Shown here one piece after another: positions 1-13,800 of a DNA stretch of 64,000 nucleotides. Within the stretch, counting starts at the first letter, position 1. Each line of letters starts with the position of its first letter. The position numbers and the translations under genes are program-made. Where the stretch lies: positions 156,929,741 to 156,993,740 of the forward strand of contig CM041465.1 in the NCBI GenBank assembly GCA_023213395.1, given 5' to 3'. The DNA is from Cycas panzhihuaensis (Eukaryota > Plantae > Cycadophyta). The notes below the pieces were generated by a model that saw only the letters and a program-made list of their open reading frames with translations, was not told the origin of the DNA and did not search any database.

Positions 1-1163
1 TCTACCCAGATCTATTCTGCAGTCATCTACTATCAATAAACTTCGTTACCATCTATTTATTTTAATTTTTAAGATCTATTCTAATCATTATTTTAATTGA
101 CCAAAGTGACACTTTAGTGTTTTTTAACACTTTTTGAACATTTTACCATAAAAGTACTTGTTGCCATTTTCATTATAACTTTTCTGTTTTACATCATAAT
201 TCAAATCCGTTAGTTTTGTTGGGAAGCTGACTCACTCCTCTTCGAACTGACACTATTATTTATAAGTTTTAAAGTTTTTTTTTAAATTTTCAAACCTATC
301 AAAATTGAGATACTTAATAGCCTCTAATTTATCATTTTTACATCTTTTTATATATTATTTTTCAAGTTTTTTCAACTAAAAAGTATATTAAGCCACTCTA
401 TAAATCATATTTGACTATTTTACATTATTCTATAATTTTTTATTAGCATTTTTATAATCTTTTAAACCTCAGGCTCCTGTTAGGCCTTAAAAAGAGGATT
501 GTACCTTTGGTTCATCAAAATATTAACTTCTAGGAACCCGTTTTCAAAATAGCCGCCCATTGAATAGTCCTTTGTTAATCTTCAATTTGGTATAGTTTCA
601 CTTTATTATGATATCGTTTAGTACAACTTTGAAGCTACTAAACTTGAGCATTTGACATATACCAATATTTAAAAAATTAAAAGGTTGAGAATTCTTTTAT
701 TTTTCATCATCAAAGTTTCAATTCAGATTTGTATAATTAAGAGGATCTTAGTTACTTTTAAAATTTACTTATAAATAAATTATATTTTAAATTTTATTTA
801 AAATTAGATTTTATAAGTTTATCATTTATTTGAAAGACATTTTTTATTTATCTTTATTAAAAAGATCATTTCCCTATTTGCTTTCACTTTCCAAAGTCAT
901 TTTTTTTTCACTTTCAAAGGGCATTATATTTCTTGAGTATATTTAACATCATATAAGTTTGTCATATTTATTCATTTATTAAGTTTTTTGACTTGGTAAA
1001 AACATATTCTTTTTTATGTACTAAAATTTTTCTACAAAATGGCAATCAATCTTAATAAAGTGCAATTTCTTATATTTGCTAGCCATAATTTTTCACTATG
1101 GCATAAAACTATATCAAATTATTTTATTACACATGATCTTTGGAACTACTTATAGGATGAATA
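1..1163 (+). repeat. Tail of a preceding copy of the ~17.56-kb tandem unit
   Basis: Near-identical to 17555-18718 and 35127-36293; runs into the same junction (GGATGAATA|AGATTGTC) as 18718/18719. Confidence 0.95.
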
Positions 1164-2043
1164 AGATTGTCAATGATAAGGACTCAATGTTTACAAGTAA
1201 CTTTTGGACCAAACTCTTTTAAACAATAGGAACAAGATAATAATAATCACACTATGTCACCCATAAATAAATGGATAAGAAAAGGTAGTCAACAAGTGTT
1301 TGGAAGGGTATCTTTAATGTTGTGTGTTAGACAAGCAAAATTAATGGAATCATCGACTTCCCAGAGGAATGGTGGTATAATGTAATTTACCATACTAAGA
1401 GACAAATGGCTCCCTTTAAGGCATTATGGGTGTGAACCTCAAGCTCTCAAGAACTATGCCATAGAGAATTCTAAGGTTTAAGAAGTAGAGGAGCATCTAT
1501 AAAAAATAATAGTGATACTGAGGATACTGAAAGAAAATCTTAGCTTAAAATCAAATGCAATAACAAGTAAATAAACAAAGAAGCAAACACGTGTTTCATC
1601 CAGGAGATTGGGTTTATTTACACTTACAACCATATGATCAAACTTCACTTAAAAGAAATGATAAAGATAAACTAAATCTAAGGTTATATAGACCCTATAA
1701 GGTTCTTAGATAAATTGGGAAAGTGGCTTATGCCCTAGCATTCATTATAACATCCAAAGTTAATAAAGTTTTATGTGCATCCCATATTAAAAGGGTAATT
1801 AGATAACAAGTGTAGACATAAGAAGGACTACCAATACTAAACAATGAAAGAAGGCTCTAACTAATACTCAAAAAAATTCTTAAGGAGAGGGTTAGACACT
1901 TATATTTGCAACATGTTAAGGAGTATCTCATCAAATAGAAGCAACTACCATAGGAAGATTCTACTTAGGAAAGTGAACGATTTATTTAAGAACATCCATA
2001 GTTAATCAAGCTTAGAGGGTAAAGCTTTTTAAAGGGAGGGATT
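1164..2043 (+). mobile_element. Degenerate Ty3/gypsy 3' fragment (integrase C-terminus, chromodomain, PPT)
   Basis: KIVNDKDSMFTSNFWTKLF (IVSDRD-type motif); EYLIK*KQLP*EDST*E chromodomain; AAAGGGAGGGA polypurine tract followed by TGTTA. Confidence 0.85.
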
Positions 2044-2143
2044 TGTTAATAACTCAATCCTTTCTTTTCTTCTCATATTCCTCTATTCTCTTTCTTATAA
2101 TTATCCCACATGTATAAGTCCAAGAGTTGAGTGGCCTTAGTAG

Positions 2144-2167
2144 CTCTCTCTCTCTCTCTCTCTCTCT
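2144..2167 (+). repeat. (CT)12 microsatellite; second copy at 19702-19725
   Basis: Read directly. Confidence 0.95.
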
Positions 2168-2469
2168 AGTAGAGAGGTTTCTTTGATTTCTCTATCTCAT
2201 ATTAAAAAGTTAAAGAAAATGTTGTCTTTGATGCCCTTTCCTAGCTCTCCATAGAGCCTCTCACCAACAAACCCATTATTCACGTAATTTCCAAACCACA
2301 ACCATTATGGTTAATAGTCTTGGTAACTAAAAATTTATCCCAATCAAAATTTAAAAATTATACTTTTAAAGTTTATAACTATAAAGATTGGTCCTTATAC
2401 AACTCCTAGCTCTTATATTGAAATTGTATTTTTATTTACCTTTTCGTCTTTCATACCATGTATCTTAGC

Positions 2470-3745
2470 TAAATATCATTTCACTCCCCTTAGTGGTCAC
2501 TTAGGATTCAATAAAATATATCATTATATCTTATTTGATTTTTATTGGCCTAATATGAAATCCTCCATTCTTATGTTTTTCTCTAAATATGACACTTGCT
2601 TGAGAAAAAAAATCAATGCAAAATCTCAACTAGGCCTCCTCTAACATCTATATATACCTCAAGGTAAATGGCAAGATATTATTATCAATCTTATCACAAG
2701 TTTACCATTATCTATTAGGTTTGACTTAATATTAGGAGCCATTGATAAACTCATCAAATATGTATATTTTTTATCTATTCACACTTCTTATAAAACATCT
2801 TACCTAGCCAATCTTTATATTTATTCTATTGCTTATCTCCATGGATTTTTTATCAATAATAATCTACAATCAGGATCCCAAATTTACTAGATCATTTTAG
2901 CAAGAACTCTTTCAAACTTATAGGACTTCACTTAACATGAGCTTAGATTACTATCTAAAAAAATGGTCAATTTGAAGTCCTAAATAAGACATTGGAAATG
3001 TATTTATGATACTTTGCATTTGCACAATAATGTAAATGGACCTCATGGCTAGCTCTTGTAGAGTACTAGTACAACTCATCCCACCACTTGGTTATTGGTT
3101 TGTATCCTTTTATGAATTTCTATGGATATCCTCCTCCATATTATCATACTCTTATCACTAATCTTTAAACTATTGAAGCCCAATAAAAAAATTAATATAT
3201 GGACCAAATTCTTCATACACTTAAACAAAACCTTATAGTAGCTCAAAATTTCATGAAACAACTCACCAACTGCCACTATTCTAATTAATCTTTTGATGGG
3301 GATGACTTAGTTTTCCTTCACCTCCAACCATATAAGTAGTAGTCCCTCAAACATTATAAAATTTAAAAGCTAAATTCATATTATTATGGTCTATACAAAG
3401 TTCTTCAATTAATTGTTGAAGTCATCTATGCACTCAAACTCCTTTCCTATAGAAAAATTCACAATGTATTCTATATCTCTTGCCTTAAAAAGTACCTTAG
3501 TAAAAATACTATACATAAGTCTATCCTACTAGTTCTAGATGAAAAGCAATATCTTACTATTTTTTTTTTTACCATCTTCTAACCAGTTATCAATGTTGCC
3601 TTTAGAATAGGACCATTTTTAAGTACATGGTGTAATGGGTTAGTTGTAAACTAAATAAAGCAATATGGGAATTCACTAAATTTGTTAAACAACATCCTTA
3701 TCTTCTTCTTGGCTTTGAGGACTTAATATCTGAAGGGAGAGGACT
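2470..3745 (+). mobile_element. Second degenerate Ty3/gypsy integrase-chromodomain fragment
   Basis: H-x-x-PLSGHLGF zinc-finger remnant, QDPKFTRSF core, YYGLYKVL (GPY/F) motif, PPT GAAGGGAGAGGA near 3733. Confidence 0.8.
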
Positions 3746-4129
3746 TATTATATGACAATCCTTCACTAAGTAAAAATGGTTAGTTAGAACATATGATAAG
3801 AGACCTTGATGGTTTGTGCTATCCATTAACTTTTATGCATGAATTACTTATGTTTGTTAATAGAATTAGAGGTCATTTTTCTTGCCAATTATATCTTAAG
3901 TAAAGAGGTATCTCTTACCTATTTAAGGTCAACTCATTGTAAAGTGAGGTTGTTGAGTCTTGTCTTTTCTTAAGAGGTTGTACTTTAGTACCCTTTATAG
4001 TTCTCTTCGGTGCCCTTGTGAGATCTTTTTCTTGTAATTAGACTTCATCATTATTAATAAAAATGTTGCATTATTTATCCAAGATCTTATTTTGGTACTC
4101 AAAGTTGAAGAATATTGGGACAAGTTCAT

Positions 4130-6190
4130 CCTCCATTTTCCATGTCTTCAGGAGGTCAACATAATAAGTGCAAATTTGTTAAATGCCTTAGATTTTATCT
4201 AGAGAGGCATAAATATTTTCTACTTGAATTATTCTTATGGTAAAGATAGTGTCTCTCTTCTAATTAATCCTGGTTTCAATAACTCTATACTTAATTTTAG
4301 GTTCAACCCTTGTAATAGGGTGGTTTAGGCTTCTTTACAAATTGGTAATAAGGCTTTTAGTATAGTATGTTCCTATGCTCTTAATGACCATTAAGAACAC
4401 ACTTCTCTTTGGAGATGGATGGTTAATAACATTCCTACTCTTCCTTGGTTCATTGGTAATGATTTTAATATGGTTGAAATACCTAAAGATAAAGGAGGAG
4501 CCCTTCCTTTTAGATGGAAGGAATCAAAAGGAGGATTAGATATAGATGAAAATAGATCTCTTAGTTAAAGGTCCTATTTAGAAGGAGTTTTTTTTTTTTC
4601 CCTAAGGAATTATAGTTTACTTAGTGTAATAATAGGAAAAATAAGAATAGCATTTTTTATAGACTTAATAAGATTTTAGCCTTAGTTGATGATTATTAAA
4701 AAAATTATATAGTTTAAAGAGTTTCTAATAAAAATTTGAGCCTTTATCATCTCTGATCATTTTCCTATTTTAATAAAATATTAATTACCTCAGTATAGTA
4801 GATATCAAACATCATCTCTATTTAAATTAAATATCCTTTTAGTAAACTATGAGACTTGTAAAGAAGGAGTAATTAGATTATGGGATCTTTCTTCTAGGCC
4901 AGGTAGTAAATCTAGTTAGATCACTTGGTGGGATGGTTTGATTAAAAGGGCTACTATTTTTCTTAAGGAGTTTGATATTCTAGTGGCCAAAATAAGGAAA
5001 TTGAGAGTCAAAAAGACTAAATTAGATAATAGATAGTTTGCTAAAAAGGTTGAATCTTCTCCTAATAATATAGAATTTATCTCTTACATGATTAGAGCTA
5101 AATATATTACTAGAACCTATGAATTGTATATTAAAGGAGCCAAAATCTAGTCTAAGTTGTAATGGATGAAAGAAGGAGACAAGGAATTGAATTTTATTTT
5201 GATTTTTTAAGAAGGAAGTATATTAGATAAAATATTTCTACCATCCAAGTCAATAAAGGAAAGGCAACTAACTCCTAAGAAATTCTTTATGAATTTTTGT
5301 TCTTTTATCAAAATTTATTTCAAGAAGATGTTGAGACTAAAGACAAATTTAAAGCTAGTAAATTATGTTTTAAATTTGTCCCTAAAAAGATTTCATCCCA
5401 ATATATAAAAGAGTTACACAAAAGTATTTCAATCAAAGAGGTGGAAGAGGCTCCTAATTCATTAAAAAATAAAAAATCTCCTTATCTCGATGGACTTTTG
5501 GTTGAATTTCACAAGGAATTTTAAGGTATCCTCAAATATGATTTGCTTAATATATTTCATAAAGTAATTTATCAACATGGTATGAGTCATTATGTTAATA
5601 AAGGGGTTATTAAGATGATTCTCAAAGCTAGTGATAAGGAATTAATTAGGAATTAAAGGCATATTTCTCTCCTTCACGTGTCCTATAAGATTTTAGCCAT
5701 GATATTAGCTAGAAGATTATGTTTAATTTTTTCTCAAATTATCTCTTGTGAGTAAATAAGTTTTATCAATAGACTTTATATTTTAGAGAATTTATTATTT
5801 TTTTAGGAAGGTTTTAACTGGGCTAGTAGGTAATATAAAACAATTGATGGTTATATTGGGTTTTGAGAAAGCTTATGGCAAAATTGATTAGTCTTTCATT
5901 GACCTTATGCTTAATCTTTTGGGTTTGGTCAGTCCTTTTGTCTATTGGTTAGAATTTTATTTTATAATACCAATGCATTAGTGATAGTTAATGGGTTGAT
6001 TTTTAATTACTTTGGGATATAAAAGTCTATTAAATAAGGTTATCATTTTATACTTTCTCCTTTTGCTTATGGCTAAAGCAATCAATTATCTTTTAAAGTA
6101 TAAAATAGATAATAATATTATTATAGGAATTAGACTTTCTGAATATGACAAGTAGTTGATAAAATTATATTTTCTGGATGACTTTTTATT
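4130..6190 (+). mobile_element. Highly decayed L1/Tx1-like LINE ORF2 (endonuclease plus RT), truncated
   Basis: WFIGNDFNMVE, WMKEGDK, KSPYLDGLLVEFHKEF, RHISLLHVSYKILA, FEKAY and FLDD motifs with many stops. Confidence 0.85.
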
Positions 6191-6544
6191 CTTTTCCTAG
6201 AAGTTATTTCCCTAATTTTGGGTATCTTGCCCTCAACCTAGGAGCATCAAATAATTCTTTCACTCTTAATAATTAGATACATTTAGATATGCATTCACTA
6301 CTTATCATTTGCTTGATTCTACATTTGATTAAAGTTATCCTAAATTGGATCTACTTCCATAAACATAAAAATAAAATAAAATAAAAGCTAAATAGGAGCT
6401 CCTAAGAGATAAATAGTTAAAAGACCTTAATTGAATTAACTCATAAAAGATGTTTATAAATAAATGATAATTCTTTATTTATAGGTGTCAAATTAAACCG
6501 CCTAAAAAATAATTAACTTTCTAATAATAAAACCAACTTTTGAT

Positions 6545-6547
<3 letters not shown>

Positions 6548-6594
<47 letters not shown>
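6548..6594 (+). repeat. (AAT)15 microsatellite inside the gypsy 3' LTR; (AAT)18 at 24105-24160
   Basis: Counted directly. Confidence 0.9.
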
Positions 6595-6680
6595 GATATC
6601 TATGTTCTAATAATATTAAAACCAACTTTTTAATAATTAAAGTTAACTTTTTATAGTTATATTATATTATAGCAAGTCCT

Positions 6681-9600
6681 CAAACCTTAAATAGCTAGTC
6701 TCGAATGTCTATGCTCCCCAAGATAGAAGAGAGGATTTGTTCATGGGAAAGGATGTTGGATGCCCTCAAAGAATGGAGGGACCTTAGTTAATAGTTGGGA
6801 TTTCAATAAAGCTTTGTCCCCAAAGAGAAAAAAAGGCAATCAAGGAGGCTAAATGAAGAGTATGGAGAACTTAGGGGAATTCATGCAAAAGGGGGGTATG
6901 ATGGGCATCTTTCACAAGGGCCTAAAGTTTGCTTGGTCTAATAGAAGGCTAGGAACTAACCATTTCAGGTCAAACTAGACAAAATTCTAGTGAACTATGC
7001 TTGGACAAGCTAGTATAATAATATAATTTTAGAAGCCATGCCAATGACAGTATTGGATCATTCCCCATTAGTGTTGGGATTTGCTAACAATATGAGATAT
7101 ATGGGAGCTCCCTTATGCTTTGAGCTCATGTGGACAAAGGACCTAAGTCTTTAGGAGATCATTAAATATTGGTAGACAATTATAGCAAAGGGTTGTGTGA
7201 TGTTAAGGTTCTCTAAGAAGCTGAATTGGGTGAAACAACATGATAAAGAATGGAATAAGAGATTCCATGGGACCTTTTTTGAAATAAAGAATGAGATCTT
7301 AAGGGATCTCAAGGAACTAGAGGTGAAAATGTAGGAGGAAGGGAGATCTCAATCCCTATATTAGAAGGAGAGAGGCATCCTTTCAGAGTTAGAGGGGATC
7401 CTTCTAAAGGAGGAGATCCATTGGAAGTAAAAATCTAGAACCATGTGGTTGGATGAGGGAGATAGAAATACAAAATTCTTCCACATGACAATGTTGAAAC
7501 ACAAATCTTGAAACCAAATCAAGGTCTTGGTTAATAAGGATGGTGAGCATATTTTAGAGTAGAGAGGTTTAAAGGAAGTGGTGGTGGACTACTTCAAAGA
7601 TATATTCAATGAACCTGGATGCCAGGATAGGAGGGTCATGAGAGAGCTACTTGGCCTGATTCCTAAGATTGTTGGGGAAGAAGCAAATAGAATGCTAAAA
7701 GCCCTATTCTCTAGAAGAAGTTAAAAGTGTTATCTTTAGTATGAAGAGGGGGAAAGCACCTAGTCTAGATGGCTTCCCCCCTAGTTTTTTCCAAGAATAT
7801 TAGGATATTATTAAAGATGATCTGCTAGAAGTTGCCATAGAATTCTTTGAGAATGACTAGATCCATGGAGAATGGCAGGCTACTTTTTTTGTCCTGATTC
7901 CAGAGAAAGGAGACGCAAAAAGGATGGAGGACTTTAGACCCATTAGTCTCTACAATATGAAGTACAAAATTTTATTAAAGATGTTAGCCAATAGGCTTAA
8001 GAGTACCCTACCTCTAGTTATATTACGTAATCATAATGGTTTCATAAAAGGCAGATAGATATTGGATGGAATAATTGTGGTCCATGAAACTATCCATTAG
8101 ACCTCCCAGAAGAAAGAGCATGGGATGATCATCAAAATTGACCTTTCTAAGGCTTATGACAAGGTGTCGTGGGAGTGCCTAATGGGTTGCATTAAAGCTT
8201 TCAACTTAAGAGACTATTGGGTGAGGTGGATAAATAAATTGTATCTCAAAGCTAAAGTTCTCTATAATTGTTAATGGCACTTTGACAACCTTTTTCCCAG
8301 GCTTCATAAGTTTGAGGCAAGGGGACCCCTTAGCCTTGTACCGATTCATTATCATGGTAGAACTAATGGGAAGGTCTATAGAGGAGGCCAATAATGTAGG
8401 TAAGCTTATGGGTTTAAAATCTACCTTGAGGATGGATAATGTAATTCATTGTCATTTTATTGATGATAATAGTTTGCTGGGGAGGGCTATTATTACAGAC
8501 CCCAAAGCCATAAAGAGTGAGCTCAAAAGGTTTGAGGCTGTGATGAACCGGAAGATAAATCTTAATAAGAGCATCATATATTTTCTAAATACCATGGAGA
8601 GAATCCAAGGATTTATTAACAAGATACTTGAAATGCCTATCAGGAGGCTCCCAACTCTATTCCTTGGCATGATGCTATTTGTGGGTAGAATGAAGAAGAA
8701 TCTGTAGAACATGACTATCGATTAGATGCAAAGGAAGTTGGTTGGCTGGAAGGGAGCTCTCCTTTCTCAAGAAGGAAAACTTTAGCTATTAGTGGCCTCT
8801 CTCCTAAGTGTCCCAACATATATGATGTCATTATTTAGGTGCCCAGTGAAGGTGATTAATGCCTTAGAATCTATTCAAAAAAGGTTCTTATGGTTTGGAG
8901 TAGAGGAGAGGGACAAAATTCATTTAGCAGCTTGGGAGAAAATGTGCCTCCCTAAATGGGACGACAGGTTGAATGTTAAAAAATTACTTATTTTAACAAG
9001 CTTTGGTGGCTAAATTAGGACAGAGTGGACAGAAGGATAAAAGTATGTGGTTTGTGATTATGACCCAAAAATACCTCAAGGACAAGCAATATCTTAGTGA
9101 TGATCACTTGGGTAAGCTAGGTTTCACGATATAGAGGAGCCTAACTTATGTAAGGATGCTCGATAAAGGGAGCTCAATGGTGCTTGAGGGATGGAAAGAG
9201 GATCAACTTATGGGAGGAATTTAGTATGGACAATCCCAATTGAAGGAGAGACTAGCTATTGGCCCCATCTAGGACACCTATGAAAGCTTATATGCGAGGA
9301 AAGTCAAGGACTACTGGGAGACATAAAGGGGTATAAAGAACTAGAGGCATTTTGACGATATTGCTCATAATTGTATGAACAAAGAGTAGATTGAGATACT
9401 TAGGCATGATCTAAGTAAAAGCTATATCCTTAAATATCTTAATCCAAATTCCATGATCTGGCCATGGTCTCCTTTGGGAAATATTCAATGAAATCAGGTT
9501 ATCTGGTCCTAATCTCAAAAAAATGACTAGATAAGAACAAGGTGTTAGGGGATGTATGGAATATGGGCTTAATCCCTAAGGTAGCCATCTTTTAATGGCT

Positions 9601-10812
9601 CTGCCTTAAGAATAAGATCATAACCATAGACAATTTAAGAAAAAGAGGATTCTTGTTGGCGAATAGATGTATTTTGTATCAGAAAGAGGAGGAGTCTATT
9701 GACTATATACTGCTGCACTACTCCTACTCTAACGAAGTGTGGAAGCTACTCTAGAACATTTTTGGAGTAGTTTGGGTCTTTCCTAGTAATGTGAAGGAGT
9801 TAGTTGCCTTATGGAAAAGCCCCTTTAAATGTAGAACTCTAAGGTCCTTATGGATAATATCTCTCCGTATGATGATGTGGAACCTTTGGAAAGAAAGGAA
9901 TAGGAAAAATTTTCAAGAGAAATACATGGATAGCTCTAAGCTTTTTGGGATGCTCTATGTCACCCTACAAGAGAGCTTGAAGGAAGAGAAAGAAATATTC
10001 ATCCCCTCTTAGGAAAGGTAATCCCTAGAGAAATAGGAAATTAAGAATGTCAAAATAAAAATGATTCAATAAAGGTAGTGTAGATGGCACCGCCTCATGA
10101 GAGATGGGTCAAAATCAACTTCGACGATGTGGCAAAAGGTAACCCTCGTGAGGTTGGGGGTAAGGGATTTTATAGAAATGCTAAAGGGGAGGTGATCTGG
10201 GCCTTAACTAATTATTATAGGACCTATACTAATCATAGTGTTGAATTGGATACAATGGGAAAAGTGGAGATGATGTCCTTGAAAAGGCTTGATAGGGTGA
10301 TTTTGGAAGGAGATTTGCTAAACGTGATAAAATTAATTAGAGGGGAAGTAGAGGTGGATTAGAGACATAGAGATATGATTAATGATGCTAAGGAGGATCT
10401 TTAAAGGAAAGAAAATGTCCAAGTGATCCACACTTATAGGGAAGGAAATGGGGTGGCAAATAGTCTGGCTAATTGGAGAGTCCAATTTAAAAGAAGCAAG
10501 GTTTGGAGGGATATGGTCCCTAAAGAGATTATGGATCTAGTTAAGAAAGATATGGAAGGTATAAACCCTAGTGCGTATTCTAAGCTAGCCACTGGGCTTG
10601 TCATGGTAGATAAGTAGTTTGATATAAATAGCTAGCCACTGAGCTTGTCATCGTAGGGGTGGTCTAGTAGTCATATCAGGTTTGATTTTATCTAAAGCTA
10701 TGCCATGGGCTTGTCACAACAGATCCAAAAGGTTGATTTAGTAGACTTTGTAAAGGGGTTAGGGTCCCCTTATAAATCCCCACATTTGTTTAAATCTTAC
10801 CAAAAAAAAAAA
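6681..10812 (+). mobile_element. 5'-truncated plant L1 LINE (endonuclease, RT, zf-RVT, RNase H) with poly(A) tail
   Basis: NVYAP, GDFN-type motif, KIDLSKAYDKVSW, LRQGDPL, WNLWKERN, WVKINFDDVAKGNP, HTYREGNGVANSLAN; A11 at 10802-10812. Confidence 0.95.
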
Positions 10813-13800
10813 TGTACAAGTCCCTCCCCTTAGAAAAATTGCTTTACCCACAAAGCATTTGTAATGATGGGTGATCCAAGATGAGTTATTCATTTTTCCA
10901 AGTTGCCTCCTTTTGTGGTAGCCCTTTCTATTTAATCAAGTATTCTATAATATTTTATATTCTAAGTGTACAGTGGTGAATATCCATAGTAGCTTCAAGT
11001 TCAATCACAAGATTCCCCTCCTCCTTTATCACTGGCAGCTCTATCATTATCCTAGTGTGATATCCTACTTTTCCTTCCAGGTTAGATATATAAAAGACAT
11101 TATGAATCCTACTTCGTTCTAGTAGATTGAGGGTATAAGCTACCTCTCTAACCTATCTCTAAATTTTATATGGGCCGTAACATCTTGGTGCTTGTTTGTA
11201 TTTACCTTATTGTTCAAGAGAGATTTGCTTATATGGCTATAGTTTTATATAAATCTAATCTCTTTTCTCAAATTATCTTTTGATTCTTTTATGGTCTTTT
11301 TGTTGTTTTAACTGTTTCCTTGTGATGTCATAATTTTTCTTGAATTTATCTAAAATTCTATCAATTTATCTTATTAGATCCTTTTACTATTGGTGTTTTT
11401 ACTATATTTTGAATATAATCCACTAGTGCAAGCAACAGGTAACCGTATAATATATTGAAGGGTGTTATCTTAATAAATGTCTAGTAATTAATATTATACC
11501 AATATTTAGCCAAGTGAATCCATTTTACCGACATGGATTGGTTGTCTCTAGTGTAGCAATGTAGGTGTGTTTCTAAAACTTTATTGGCTATTTAGCGTAT
11601 CCATTTATTTAGAGGTGGTATAATCTGCTCATGGCAAATTGGATTCTTGCCAATTTAAATACATCCTTCTAAAAGTGGCTTACGAATTTAGGATCCATAT
11701 TACTAATTATCTTTTTGAGAAACCCATGTAATCTATGGGTGTTTCAATGAAATTTTAACTATCTAAGATGCCTTATAAGATGATTAAATAGGGATAAAAT
11801 GTTCATATTTCAACAAGTAATCAACTACTATAAATAGAGCATCCTTTATCCCTGACTTTAGAAGGCTAGTTATAAAGTCCATATAATTATTTTTTCCATT
11901 TTTGCGCAGTTAAACTAGAGGTTATAACATTCTTAGAGTTTGTATTGATTCTATTTTTTATCTCTAATATGTCTAGTCTTTAGAGATAAACTTCTTTATA
12001 TCTACTTTCATCCCTCTTTAATAGAATGATCTCTTTATCTTTTTGTAGGTTTTGAGGAACTCTAAATGAACAACTATAAGTGAATCATGATGCTTCATAA
12101 GGAATACCTCCTTAAATTGTGATTTTGGGCTAAATAGATCCTATTCTTATAAAGAATGGTATTTTCATTTTTTGTCCAAGGAGTCTCTTTTAGTTCTTTG
12201 GGGCTTGTGCCTATGATGACCTTCACCTCTTTATCTTATAAGTATTCTTGGTGTAATTCCTCAAGCCATGTAGGTACAACTATTATAGTGGCTAAGTAGT
12301 TAGCATCCTTAAATTTTCTTAATAATGCATCAACTATAATATTCTTTATTTCTCTCTTGTATGAGATTTCAAAGTCATAGTCTTGAATTTTGTTAACCTA
12401 TTTCGTTGCTCCTCTAATAAGTTTTGATGTGTTAAAAAGTATTTTAGGCTATGGTGGTCTATCTTGATAACAACTTTTGTCCCTAATAAGTATTACCTTC
12501 ATTTTGCTAAGGCATGCAAAATGGCTAATATATATTTTTTAGTCCTTTCATATAAGTTTAACTTTTAGCTCTTGTATGCAAGGGGATGCTCTTTTTATAG
12601 TAGAGCCGATCCTATGTATATTCCTAATGTGTTTCACTCTATTATAAATTGTTAAGAGAAATATAACATCACAAGAATTGGGGTAGCTATGATAGCTACT
12701 TTTAGTTTCTCAAAACTTGTATTATCATTCTCATCCCGCTTAAACTATATTTCTCAAGAAGATCAATTAGGGCCCAACTATGTCAACATATCCCTTAATA
12801 AATTTTTGAAAGTATTATGTAATCCCTAAAAATCCTCTAAGCTTTGATACATTTTTAGGTATGGTCTAATTAAGGATGGCTTATGACTTTGTAGGGTCAA
12901 TCTTAATTCCTTCTTTTAATATGATATATCCAAGGCATTTTAGGGTTCTCTTTTGAAGTAGCATTTAGACTTCTTTGTAAAGAACTTATTATCATTGAGA
13001 GCTTGAAATACTTATTGAATGTACACCAAATGTTCTTACCATGCTTTACTATAAATAGGAATGTTATCAAAGAAAACCATGATGAACCTCCTTAGGAAGG
13101 GTGTGAATATATAGTTCATATTTTCTTGAAAGGTTATTAGGGTATTAGTCAACCCTAATGGCATTATCATTTAATTCATATAATCTTTGGTGCATCTAAA
13201 AGGTTGACTTTTCTATATCTCGAGGTCATATGGGTATCTAATAATATCTAGAGTATAAATTAATTTTAGTAAAATATTTAGCTTCATGTAGCTTATATAT
13301 GATATCATCCATATGTGGAATGGGGTATTTATCTTTTTACATTATCATGTTTAGGGCTTTATAATCTATACACATTCAAAAGGAACCATCCTTTTTTCTG
13401 ATTAAGATGACAGTTGTTGCGTATGGACTCTTGCTTAATATTATGGCATAAAAACCCAATAATTCTTGCTAAGCTTTTAAATTTTTGTCTTTTTCTCATG
13501 TCTGTAGTAATATGGTTGAATGGTAGTAGGTCCTTCACTTGGTTCTAACTAAATAATGTGCTCTATATTTCAACTAGATGATGGAGTTCTTTGTAATCCT
13601 TAAAAAACATCTTGGTAATGGTCTACTTGCTCTTTTATCTCCTTCTTTTCCTTAGGTAGTAGTTCATCGTTTGGGCTCTTTGCTTGTATGGAGAATAATG
13701 CAATAATAAACTTGGCATGTACTTTTCATAACATTTTTCCTATATTTTCTTTAGATATAACTCTTGATTTTAGAGAATTAATGCCATTTAATTAATACTT

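Noticed and set aside
3076-3276. 66-aa ORF identical in both tandem copies
   Set aside because: Antisense to a decayed gypsy integrase; the identity reflects the recent duplication
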